This document shows, piece by piece, positions 27,356 through 36,299 of a stretch of 64,000 bases of DNA (its first letter is position 1; each line of letters opens with the position of its first letter). The notes under the pieces were generated by a model that did no database searches, had not been told where the DNA came from, and saw only the letters and a list, made by a program, of their open reading frames with translations. Origin of the DNA: an uncultured Chlorobiaceae bacterium (GTDB lineage: Bacteria > Bacteroidota > Ignavibacteria > UBA10030 > SZUA-254); NCBI GenBank assembly GCA_964410105.1, contig CAYPFY010000005.1:35427-99426 (forward strand), written 5' to 3'. The position numbers and the translations under genes are program-made.

Positions 27356-28150
27356 TTAGAGCAATTCAGCCCTGAACACCGTTCGTGCCTTTCCCGCCAG
27401 CTTAACGCGGTCGCCGTTAGTCCGCAGGTAGAGCACGCCGCCGCGCGGGGATGCCTGATAGGCGACGAGGGAATCTTTCTTGAGCTTCGCCGCCCAATAG
27501 GGGCCCAGGGCGCAGTGCGCTGACCCGGTCACGGGATCCTCGTCAACGCCGGACCCCGGGGCAAAGAACCGGGAAATGCAATCGTATGGAGGCGAGGCGC
27601 GGCTCGTTACCATGACGCCCCGCACCGGGATCTGTTTCAGAGCGCGGTGGTCGGGATTCATTCGTCTCACCGTCTCTTCGGAATCCACCTCGACGAGGTA
27701 ATCAAATTGATTTTTCCCAACATAGAGAGCGGACACGCCGAGCCCCTCGAGAAGCAATGCAGGAGGTTCAGCCCTGGTTTCGGCCTTCGCGGGAAAATCC
27801 AGCTCAATACGCTCTCCGTCTTTGCGTGCAGTGAGGGTCCCGCTCTTCGTATAAAACTGGGCCAGGCCCGGTTTCAGGAATTGAAATTCCCAGAGAACAT
27901 GAGCGCTGGCGAGAGTTGCATGACCGCAGAGGGCGACCTCGACAGAGGGAGTAAACCAGCGGAGATCGTAGCCGTCTCCATTCCGGTGAAGGAAGGCCGT
28001 TTCGGAGAGATTCATCTCCATCGCCACATTCTGCATCCAGACAGGATCGGCCTCTTGGTCGAGAATGCAGACGGCCGCGGGATTTCCCGAATACTCTTTA
28101 TCGCTGACAAACGCGTCGACCTGAAACAGGGGGATCTTCGACATCATCAC
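27356..28150 (-). CDS. PhzF-family isomerase/epimerase
   Basis: QVDAF...GNPAAV, NLSETAF, RWFTP..EV.LCGHATLA, EDPVTGSAH motifs. Confidence 0.92.
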   Translation of the reverse strand: MMMSKIPLFQVDAFVSDKEYSGNPAAVCILDQEADPVWMQNVAMEMNLSETAFLHRNGDGYDLRWFTPSVEVALCGHATLASAHVLWEFQFLKPGLAQFYTKSGTLTARKDGERIELDFPAKAETRAEPPALLLEGLGVSALYVGKNQFDYLVEVDSEETVRRMNPDHRALKQIPVRGVMVTSRASPPYDCISRFFAPGSGVDEDPVTGSAHCALGPYWAAKLKKDSLVAYQASPRGGVLYLRTNGDRVKLAGKARTVFRAELL

Positions 28151-31100
28151 TCCTTATGAGGATTTGGAAGAATCACATCATACACATTCGGCAGAGAGGA
28201 GTCCTTTTTCCCCCCGCCAGTCCATTCCGAGGGCGTGGCTTCGACGGTTCGAAACTCACCGATCCCGGCGCCGCCGTGATCATCCTGGCAACCGACGAGC
28301 ACCGAAAAATTCCAGCGGGGGCTGGGTCTTCCAAGAATTTTCACGGGCACGGCAAACTCAATTTTCCCCCTTGGAGCATCGCCGAGAGGTTTTAGTTCGT
28401 CACCGGCAAGCGGCACATACTCAGCCAGAGTCTTTCCGCTATCGTTCATGACGCGGACCCCTCCGCCGACATAAATAATATCTTCAAATGCGTAACGTGA
28501 GTCAAGAATGAATTTCGAATTCATGCCCACGTCGGTTCGGCCAGACCCTGGGATGCCGTCTTTATCGATGGCGATAGCGGCATAGGTCAGCTGGAAACCG
28601 TATTCCGGATGCCATCCGGGATTCGAGAGTTTTCTGAATTTCAGATAAAAATACACAAAATCGTCATCGGATGTTACCCGGAATCTCGTGATATCCAGGC
28701 TTCCAGGCTGCAGGCTGGGGGTGAGCGGGTAGAGATACGTCTCATCCCCCGCCGGATCGGATACATTGGCAATGACGCGCGCGTGCTGGTTCTCCCTTTT
28801 AATCTCTGCATGCGAAAGAACAGCGTATGGAGGGGACTTCAACGAGGGGAGGCCCTCCCGGATTCTGGGAGTGGCGAGTTTGATCCCGGCGAGAAGCGGG
28901 ACGGGCTGAGAATTCGGAAACGTCGAATCACTTGCGCTCCCGTCCCCCGTCAGGGAGATTCTTCCGCCTTTTTTTGAGAACGAGATCGTGCCCTGCGGAT
29001 GAAGTATCCCCCGGGCGGCAACATACTTGTGAAATCCGCGATTCAGATCGAACTCAACATCAAGGTCGCTGCCGGCTTCCGAGGAAGAGAGATTTATCGT
29101 CACATCTCCCTTCTGAGCACGAAACTCCGCCAGTATAGAATGATCCTTCACATGGAGAATCGCCCGGGCGTACGACACCTCAGAGGGAAAATTCGGGTAC
29201 AGAACGAGCCGGCAGGAATCCGGCCTTTCGCCGGCGACCGTGACGCCGAGATACGACTGATAAAAAGTCCTGACAAATTCCGCAAGACTCCAGGCCTGCG
29301 AAAACGCCCCAGAAAGCCGGGGCTCATTCTCGCGTGGCCGGGGAGCGGCGTCGATCAGCTCGGAGAGAGTGCCGACTGCTCCGCGGTCAAGTATCTGTCC
29401 CGCCATATTCTCCGTGACCCGGAACGCAAGATCGGGAAGGCCGTAGCCGCACGCGATATCTATCCATTTCCCGGAAAGCCAGGTCCACACGATCCCGTTA
29501 TGATAGGCGGCATCCTGAACGTAGTTGGGGAAATGGTGAAAGGGATGGAAGTTATCGTCGTCCTGTGACAATGAAGCGATCCCATAGGGATAGACCAGGG
29601 ACTCCGTTACGGCATTAAAGACATGAAGCGCGATCGGGTCGTCCGACAATACAAGAGACCCGACGTCGAACAGTTGGTTGGGGCGGAGCTCACGGCCTGG
29701 TGTTCCATCGGCACGAAGATGATCATAGAGGAGCCTCTTCCCGCTATCGACAAACTTTTCGAAATTTCTCCTGACCGAATCAGCGAGACGCGTCCACGTC
29801 AGGCGCTTGTCTTTCGCCGGGCTCATTGCCGCGCCGGCGCGAAGCTGCTCATACCAGAGTGCCTGGACATCGTTCGCCCTGTTGCCCCGGGGGCTCCACG
29901 GCCCCGCGGGGCCGACCGCATCCATCCACGTTTCAGCGTCATCGTGTGTAAGGAATCTCAGAGGATCTGTATGGTATTTCAGAGTGCCGTCGATAGATCG
30001 TTTCACGACGGGCCACATTTCAGCGGCGAACGCGGTGTCTCCGGAATATCGAACATAATCACGGAGGGCCATGACAAACCGCGGGGTGCCGTCGGCGGTA
30101 TTATATGCCATCGTCGACGCCGTCACCAGATTCGGGATGCGGCCATAGGTCGTGCTCCCGGAATTCGTATCCTGCCATCCGGCAAAGGACCGGAGAATCT
30201 CCCTTGCATCGGCGAAATCGCCCGTAACAAGGGCAGCGCCGGGGAGAGAGATAAAGGAATCGCGGCCCCAGTAGTCATCGAACCAGGGGAGTCCCGCAAA
30301 AATCCCCTTCTTGCGTTGATTCATCACCAGAGCATCTATCGAGATTTTCGCCCAGGCGAGGGCCTTATCGAGGCGCGGGTTATCCGTCCTGCACTCCGAT
30401 CGGGCAAGAATCTTTTCCAGGCGCTTCTTCCGTTTCCTCCGTAGCTCATCAGAATTCCCCGACACCGAGGCAGCAAGATTTATGGTGTGCGTCTCGTCGT
30501 CGCCGGCCGCGAACACGACTTCAACCCGTTCTCCTCTTCGGGGTTTGCAGAGCAGTGCCGCCGGGGAACAACCCGGCCCGGAGAGGCGGGCCGTGAAATC
30601 TGGCATTCCGCCTCGAACCGTGATACCAACCCAGACCGGGTAGTCTTCGCGCGATGCTCTGTGTTGGTGAGAACTGCGTGCAACGAGGAGCACATTCTTC
30701 TCAAATTTCACCAGAAAATCGCGTGAATTGCCCTCGAAGAGCGGGCTCACCGCCACGGAGCCCGGGGGGAGATTTTCGAGAATCACCATGAAAGCATTGA
30801 GCGAATCGACGAGAGAGAGGATTTCCCGGACGCCGTTGGGATAAACGCGTACGAGCTCGTGGGGGAAGACTGATGCGTCAGATGCGGCCGGATCGAGGTA
30901 TTTTCCGCCGACCGAGATGGCATAATCATCCAGCATTTCGGTGGACATGATTCGCCATCCCTGCCAGCCGGAGCGGTGGCGTCCGTTCGTCTCGGTATAG
31001 AAGACTCCGGACTCCTTATTTGTATAAGCGAGTTCCCTTGAAAAGCCGGGTGGAACATCGATTTTCAGCCCATCGAGGGAACTCGCCGATTCCTGAGGGA

Positions 31101-31182
31101 AGCAGATTGATCTGATGAGAGAGGAGAGAACGAGCGCGGTTTGCCACCGCGCTCGTCCGGATCCCTCGGCGGGGCAGATCAC
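28147..31182 (-). CDS. Amylo-alpha-1,6-glucosidase (glycogen-debranching, (alpha/alpha)6) fused to a C-terminal glucodextranase-type DOMON domain
   Basis: AGLPWF.DYWGRDSFISLPG, YNTADGT, TWMDA, RPNQL, YHNG.VWTWL, SQAWS; C-terminal D..GDE.Y.YP, LDI..F, AIDKDG, GCQDD motifs. Confidence 0.82.
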   Translation of the reverse strand: MICPAEGSGRARWQTALVLSSLIRSICFPQESASSLDGLKIDVPPGFSRELAYTNKESGVFYTETNGRHRSGWQGWRIMSTEMLDDYAISVGGKYLDPAASDASVFPHELVRVYPNGVREILSLVDSLNAFMVILENLPPGSVAVSPLFEGNSRDFLVKFEKNVLLVARSSHQHRASREDYPVWVGITVRGGMPDFTARLSGPGCSPAALLCKPRRGERVEVVFAAGDDETHTINLAASVSGNSDELRRKRKKRLEKILARSECRTDNPRLDKALAWAKISIDALVMNQRKKGIFAGLPWFDDYWGRDSFISLPGAALVTGDFADAREILRSFAGWQDTNSGSTTYGRIPNLVTASTMAYNTADGTPRFVMALRDYVRYSGDTAFAAEMWPVVKRSIDGTLKYHTDPLRFLTHDDAETWMDAVGPAGPWSPRGNRANDVQALWYEQLRAGAAMSPAKDKRLTWTRLADSVRRNFEKFVDSGKRLLYDHLRADGTPGRELRPNQLFDVGSLVLSDDPIALHVFNAVTESLVYPYGIASLSQDDDNFHPFHHFPNYVQDAAYHNGIVWTWLSGKWIDIACGYGLPDLAFRVTENMAGQILDRGAVGTLSELIDAAPRPRENEPRLSGAFSQAWSLAEFVRTFYQSYLGVTVAGERPDSCRLVLYPNFPSEVSYARAILHVKDHSILAEFRAQKGDVTINLSSSEAGSDLDVEFDLNRGFHKYVAARGILHPQGTISFSKKGGRISLTGDGSASDSTFPNSQPVPLLAGIKLATPRIREGLPSLKSPPYAVLSHAEIKRENQHARVIANVSDPAGDETYLYPLTPSLQPGSLDITRFRVTSDDDFVYFYLKFRKLSNPGWHPEYGFQLTYAAIAIDKDGIPGSGRTDVGMNSKFILDSRYAFEDIIYVGGGVRVMNDSGKTLAEYVPLAGDELKPLGDAPRGKIEFAVPVKILGRPSPRWNFSVLVGCQDDHGGAGIGEFRTVEATPSEWTGGGKKDSSLPNVYDVILPNPHKE

Positions 31183-31742
31183 TTCTTATTCTTGGCCTGC
31201 TCGGCGGCTGTCCAGGGAGGAACAATCTGATTCATCCGGGCGTAGGCGATGGACTGTCCGAGATGTTCGTGCATATGAAGCGCAGCGTTGAAATAGACTC
31301 CTCGGACGGTCGTTTCTTCCCCGAACAATTTCGCGGGCTTGTCGAGATCGGCATCGGAGGTATTTTGAATCGCGGCGCGGACGAAGTCGAAAGATTTGGA
31401 GAGCTCCTTCTTGACATCTGCCTTTTCCGTCACCGTCTTCTCCATATCCTTTGCAACGTTATCAGGCTTCTTCACCCCGGCCATCGACGGAAACAGATAG
31501 TTCGCTCCGGCGATGTGTGTGAAAACCTCGCTGACGGACCGGACTCCCTCCATGGGGCGCCAGCCATATTTTCCGGCGGGCATGGCGTCGGCGAGGCCTT
31601 CGATCTTTTCCTCAACGTCTTTCAGCTGGGCGAGGAATTCTGCCCTGAATCCCCCGGCTGGCTTAGCGGCTTTCGACGTATCCTGCGCGGAAAGACGGCC
31701 GAGACCGAGGGCAACGAGAACTGACAGAATGAAAACTCTCAT
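31179..31742 (-). CDS. Exported DinB-family protein
   Basis: Signal peptide (LSA|Q), WRP..GVRS..EVF.HIA, H..EH.GQ...YAR...VPPW. Start at ATG 31742. Confidence 0.85.
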   Translation of the reverse strand: MRVFILSVLVALGLGRLSAQDTSKAAKPAGGFRAEFLAQLKDVEEKIEGLADAMPAGKYGWRPMEGVRSVSEVFTHIAGANYLFPSMAGVKKPDNVAKDMEKTVTEKADVKKELSKSFDFVRAAIQNTSDADLDKPAKLFGEETTVRGVYFNAALHMHEHLGQSIAYARMNQIVPPWTAAEQAKNKK

Positions 31743-31805
31743 GGAAAAACTCCTTTGATAAGTGATGATCCAGTATACCAAAAAAAACACAATAATGCAG
31801 AGAAT

Positions 31806-32225
31806 TCAGGGTTTTTCGCCCCCGCCCACCCAGAGGAGCGCAAGAAACATCGTGAGACCGATGATGGTCACGAGAATGGCGGCGATCGTCAGGGATAGAT
31901 CCGTGAAATACTGCCTCCCGAGAACGAGGAGAACCACGGGAAGAGATATCACGCCGAACGCGTTCGTCATTGCGATTGCCCTGGCCCAGGCCTGACCTGC
32001 GCGAACCCCGGAAGCGGAGTAAAGCGTGCTCACGCCGAAAGGCATCAGAAGAACGCCAACGAAGGCCCGGTAGAAGAGAAGGGGGATATTCGCCCCCGGT
32101 GATATCTCACGATAAAGCCACTGGTGGACGATCGGGGTAGCAAGAAGATGCACGAAGGCAAGCACGATCAGCAAAACTCCTTCGATCAGCAGAAGGCGTG
32201 CGACAACGATATGGCGACCGCTCAT
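31806..32225 (-). CDS. Hypothetical 4-TM membrane protein
   Basis: Four hydrophobic helices; has its own TTGACA-N17-TATCTT promoter. Confidence 0.6.
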   Translation of the reverse strand: MSGRHIVVARLLLIEGVLLIVLAFVHLLATPIVHQWLYREISPGANIPLLFYRAFVGVLLMPFGVSTLYSASGVRAGQAWARAIAMTNAFGVISLPVVLLVLGRQYFTDLSLTIAAILVTIIGLTMFLALLWVGGGEKP

Positions 32226-32233
32226 GGCGAGAA

Positions 32234-32262
32234 AAGATAGCGACTTTTCTCTGGACTGTCAA
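32234..32262 (-). promoter_or_regulatory. Sigma70 promoter TTGACA-N17-TATCTT, 8 nt upstream of the ATG at 32225
   Basis: Hexamers at 32262-32257 and 32239-32234. Confidence 0.65.
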
Positions 32263-32331
32263 CGTCCCTCCCGATTAAACCAATTCTGAAAGAGATGGTC
32301 GAACATGTAGGACGACAGGACGGAGAATTTT

Positions 32332-32793
32332 ATGAAATCCATATTTTTTGCCGCATTGCTCAGCCTCTCAACACTTGCCTACGGCCAGCGGGGACCGATG
32401 CATCGCCATCACCCGGGATTCGGCCATCGCGATCGCATCGTGGAGAGATTGAAGCTTACCGACGACCAGCGCAAACAGTTTGACAAAATATCTTCCGCCC
32501 TCGCGCGGAAGCAAATCGCACTCCGAGCAAAGATCATTTCGATGCGCGTCGACATGCGGGATTTGGTCCGGGAAGATCCTCCAAGCAAGACGAAGATCGA
32601 GACCCTCGAAAAGGACATGAACAGGCTTGAGGGGGATATCAAAGCCAACCGTACCGACTTCTGGTTTGACGTGAACACAATACTGACGCCCGAGCAGAAG
32701 CAGGAATGGAAGGCCGCTCTCGCTTCCCCGGCGCGCAGGCCGATGAGAGGATTGATGCACTGGGAGGGTGGGGGGGACGGCGCCGGGCGGTAG
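32332..32793 (+). CDS. Spy/CpxP (LTXXQ) family periplasmic protein
   Basis: Signal peptide (AYG|Q), LKLTDDQ and ILTPEQ motifs, helical. Confidence 0.85.
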   Translation: MKSIFFAALLSLSTLAYGQRGPMHRHHPGFGHRDRIVERLKLTDDQRKQFDKISSALARKQIALRAKIISMRVDMRDLVREDPPSKTKIETLEKDMNRLEGDIKANRTDFWFDVNTILTPEQKQEWKAALASPARRPMRGLMHWEGGGDGAGR

Positions 32794-32839
32794 CAGAATC
32801 CTCCGGCGGGAGAACGGGCTCAGCCGGTGTTCCGGGCCG

Positions 32840-34225
32840 TCAATTGATGATCTTTCCGAACGAACTCACCTGAGGTTCGACCTTCTTTTTGTCCCCCGCG
32901 ATAACGATCCGCATCTCATCGGGACGAAGGATTGTTTTTGCGATCTCGCTCACCTTTGAGGGCGTTACCCCATAAACGTTTTTGACATACCCGCTCAGGT
33001 AAGCCTCGGGGAGGCCATGGAGATTAATGAGCGCCAGCTGGCCGATAATCCCAAACCGGGATGAATTCTGGAGGACGAAAATGCCGGCGAGGTAATTCTG
33101 TATTCCTCTCAGTTCTTCTTCTGGAGGCGGAGTCGATTGAAGTCTAGTGATCTCATAGAGAATCTCCTTGATCGACGGACCCGTCACATCCGTCGTCACG
33201 TCGGCCTCCTCGGCCCAGAAGGCGTTCCTGTAACGCGAGGAAATCACGCTGCCGGGTGAGTACGTATACCCTTTATCCTCACGGATGTTGCTCGTTATCC
33301 GGGACGCGAAAGAGCCGCCGAGCAGGGCATCTGTCACCTTGAGAGCCATGTACTCTTTGTTGCTCGGGTCTATGACCGGCAGCCCGATGTACACCGTCGA
33401 CTGTGCGGCCCCGGGCCGGTCGATAATATGAATATCGCGGGCTGACACCGGGTTCGGAATATTGACGAGGGGATCTGCCCCGCGTTTCCAGCTGGAGAAG
33501 GCCGTGGAGATAGCCTTGGAAACTGATTTCCGTTCGAACCGGCCGACGACATACAGATGAGCCCGCGCCGCGCCGGCGTTCGCATCGTGGAACGACCGGA
33601 GTCTTTCGGTCGTATAGGCTTGAATCATCGACTCTGTTGGGAGGGTTCGCCCGTAGGGATGCCCCGGGAACATGAGTTTCCGGAAGAGTTCATTGGTCAT
33701 CTGCTGCGGGTCGGCCTGTGCGAGGTGAAGGGCGCGGAGCTTGTCATTCTTCAGGCGCGGGAGCTCCGATTCGGGCAGTTTAGGATTGCGCACGATATCG
33801 GCGAGGAGGGAAATCATATCGGGAGCCGATTCGGACAGAACGTCGCCGGAAAAAGTCGTCTGATCGGGGCCCACAGAGACGCCGACCGATCCGCCCATCA
33901 GGGCGGCTTCACGGGAAATGTCCTGCGCCGAGCGGGTCGTGGTCCCCTCCTTCATCATGTCACCCAAAAGATCGGCAAGCCATACTTCATCGGGTCCCTC
34001 ATTCAGATTCCCCATCCGGACAGCGATCTCGACCGAGGCTTTGGGCACGGTTCCGTAGGGGACGAGGGTCACTCCCATCCCGTTGGGAAGCTTGAAGGAT
34101 TCTTTCTTCGGAAGCCGGAACTCTTTTGGCTTCCCCCCTTCGGGCGGAACTTGCTTCTGGGCGATTGCCGGCGCTGAGAAGAGGATCGCAGCGGCTAAGA
34201 CAGCGAAAGCGTTATTCTTGCTCAT
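32840..34225 (-). CDS. M16 (pitrilysin/insulinase) family, non-catalytic subunit
   Basis: Signal peptide (AIA|Q), M16 fold motifs (LPNGM, HPYG, SRI...IREDKGYTY) but no HxxEH. Confidence 0.88.
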   Translation of the reverse strand: MSKNNAFAVLAAAILFSAPAIAQKQVPPEGGKPKEFRLPKKESFKLPNGMGVTLVPYGTVPKASVEIAVRMGNLNEGPDEVWLADLLGDMMKEGTTTRSAQDISREAALMGGSVGVSVGPDQTTFSGDVLSESAPDMISLLADIVRNPKLPESELPRLKNDKLRALHLAQADPQQMTNELFRKLMFPGHPYGRTLPTESMIQAYTTERLRSFHDANAGAARAHLYVVGRFERKSVSKAISTAFSSWKRGADPLVNIPNPVSARDIHIIDRPGAAQSTVYIGLPVIDPSNKEYMALKVTDALLGGSFASRITSNIREDKGYTYSPGSVISSRYRNAFWAEEADVTTDVTGPSIKEILYEITRLQSTPPPEEELRGIQNYLAGIFVLQNSSRFGIIGQLALINLHGLPEAYLSGYVKNVYGVTPSKVSEIAKTILRPDEMRIVIAGDKKKVEPQVSSFGKIIN

Positions 34226-34226
34226 A

Positions 34227-35576
34227 TCATTGTCCCGATTTCGGGATGATGGCGAGAGTCGTTTGCCCGGACTTACCAAGAAACTCCCGCGCGGTCTTCT
34301 GCAAAAGTTCAGGAGTCACCTTGCGGATTTCGCTCTCAATCTTGTTGATGCGTGCCGGATCGTCGTCGAACAGGGCGAAGGAGGCGAGGAGATCGGCGCG
34401 CCCGAATCCATAAAACTCCGTCGCCATATCATAGAACCCCGACCGGAATTTCACCAACGCGCGTTTCATCGTTGCGGCGTCCACGGGCGAATTTCGGACC
34501 GATTCAATGACAGAATCGACCACGGAGACAATCGCCGATGGAGGAACGGCGGTGTCATGCACAAGGTTCAGCATCCAGAGCATCGGCCCGGCATAATCGA
34601 ACATATTTCCCAAAAGATTTATCCCACCGTCGACGGATTGCGCAAAACCATGTTTTTGGACGAGAGCATCGTGGAGCTTGCTGTCGGGTCCCTGGAGCAG
34701 GATCTGATCAAGGATTCCCATCGCGTAATACTCCGGCGTATTCCGTTCGGGCATATGGTACGCGATGGCGATCGCGGGCTGATTCGCCAGGGTGTCCCGT
34801 TTCGAAAAACTCTTCTTTTCTGTTTGTTTCGGTTCAGCGATGTCAGGTTTCGGCGGTTGCGGCGACGACGGAATCTTGGCGAAGTATTTGGAGATGAACC
34901 GCTTCGCTTCCGCGGGTTTAAAATCTCCGACGACGGCGAGGACGGCGTTATTCGGCGCGTAGTAGGTCGTGAAAAACCGTTGTACATCCTGGAGATTTGC
35001 CGAATCGAGATCCTTCAGATCGCCGTAAAAGTTATGGGCGTTAAACCAGTTGGTATTTGCGTACTGCGGCATATCGAGCCAGGGGAACCCGCCATACGGC
35101 TGGTTAAGGACATTCACCTTCACCTCGTTTTCCACCACCCCTTTCTGGTTGGTCAGGTTGTCCTGGGTGACGGCGAGACCTTTCATCCGATCGGCCTCGG
35201 CCCAGAGCATTGTTTCGAGCTTGTGGGAGGGAAGGATTTCGAAATAATTCGTGAAATCGAAGCGCGTCGAACCGTTCAGGGCTCCCCCGTTTTTCTGCAT
35301 CAGCTTGATGAACTCCATCTTGCCCAGGTTAGCGGAACCCTGGAACATCATATGTTCAAACAGGTGGGCGAATCCGGTACGGTCCCGCGGCTCGTTGCGG
35401 AATCCTATATTATAGTAGACGGCGACGGTAACGATTGGCGCGGAGGGATCGGGGGAGAGAACGACCTTCAGCCCGTTATCCAACCGATAATACTCAACCG
35501 GGACAGTGAAGGATTCCGGGGAGACCTTGCCCATGCCTGTGGCGGCGAGGAGGCAGGCCAGGGTGAGCGTGCGCAT
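34227..35576 (-). CDS. M16 family zinc peptidase, catalytic subunit
   Basis: TGFAHLFEHMMFQGS (HxxEH), NGST..D.TNY, EVKVN. Start at ATG 35576. Confidence 0.92.
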   Translation of the reverse strand: MRTLTLACLLAATGMGKVSPESFTVPVEYYRLDNGLKVVLSPDPSAPIVTVAVYYNIGFRNEPRDRTGFAHLFEHMMFQGSANLGKMEFIKLMQKNGGALNGSTRFDFTNYFEILPSHKLETMLWAEADRMKGLAVTQDNLTNQKGVVENEVKVNVLNQPYGGFPWLDMPQYANTNWFNAHNFYGDLKDLDSANLQDVQRFFTTYYAPNNAVLAVVGDFKPAEAKRFISKYFAKIPSSPQPPKPDIAEPKQTEKKSFSKRDTLANQPAIAIAYHMPERNTPEYYAMGILDQILLQGPDSKLHDALVQKHGFAQSVDGGINLLGNMFDYAGPMLWMLNLVHDTAVPPSAIVSVVDSVIESVRNSPVDAATMKRALVKFRSGFYDMATEFYGFGRADLLASFALFDDDPARINKIESEIRKVTPELLQKTAREFLGKSGQTTLAIIPKSGQ

Positions 35577-35625
35577 CACCGTCGAGAAAACTCGGTCGGC
35601 GCGAGGCCGGTCTTCGACTGGCACG

Positions 35626-36072
35626 TTACTTCTTATGGAAATATTTCTTCAAAGGAATCCAGTAATTGTCGACCCAGCCCTTTTTATAGCTTTCGGCCTG
35701 AGATGCGGGGATTTTCGTCTGGATCATCTTCACTTCTGTGCCGCTGCCTTTAGATTTAAATGTGAATTCAATAATCGAGGGGCCGTAGCCCGCCGGCCAT
35801 TCGGTTGTTCTCCACTCCTGAACGATGCGGCGCGCATTCTCGAGCCGAATATTCTTACCGCAGATATATCCATCCCATGCCGTGAACAGTCCACCCACAC
35901 GCCGGTCGCAAGTCGCCTTTGCGCCGGTGAATTCGGAATGCCTTTGCTCATTAAGAAGCGCGTCGTAGATTTCGACCGGCTTTGCGGTGATGAATTCCGT
36001 CTGTTTAATAGTCCTTGTCCTCAGGGATTTCGGAGTGGGCCGGGCCTGTCGTCGTGTGCCTCTTGCTTCCAT
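35626..36072 (-). CDS. SRPBCC/AHSA1-like (START-fold) protein
   Basis: IYDALL...HSEFTG, GG.FTAWDGYI.G, RIVQEWR, GW...YW. Confidence 0.85.
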   Translation of the reverse strand: MEARGTRRQARPTPKSLRTRTIKQTEFITAKPVEIYDALLNEQRHSEFTGAKATCDRRVGGLFTAWDGYICGKNIRLENARRIVQEWRTTEWPAGYGPSIIEFTFKSKGSGTEVKMIQTKIPASQAESYKKGWVDNYWIPLKKYFHKK

Positions 36073-36114
36073 GACGAAGCTCCTTAAGTTGATTCGACGG
36101 GAGGAATTCCGGGA

Positions 36115-36143
36115 AATATAAAGAGTAAATCTGTCAATATCAA
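36115..36143 (-). promoter_or_regulatory. Putative sigma70 promoter TTGATA-N17-TATATT for the AHSA1-M16 operon
   Basis: Hexamers at 36143-36138 and 36120-36115. Confidence 0.6.
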
Positions 36144-36299
36144 TGGCAGAATGGCATGGTCGCCAGGGAAAACCCCTTCAAATCGGGCTCCCGGACCCAC
36201 TTTTCGGTTGGCTGCCTTTGAGCAGGCGGATTATTCGGCTGACAGTCTTGCCGCAGGTGCATTCTTTAGCCGCAACGCCGTGTGAGGAGGCCGAGATTT

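Noticed and set aside
34083-35753. 556-aa antisense ORF over the M16 peptidase
   Set aside because: Shadow of the catalytic subunit gene; no recognisable domain, RBS or promoter
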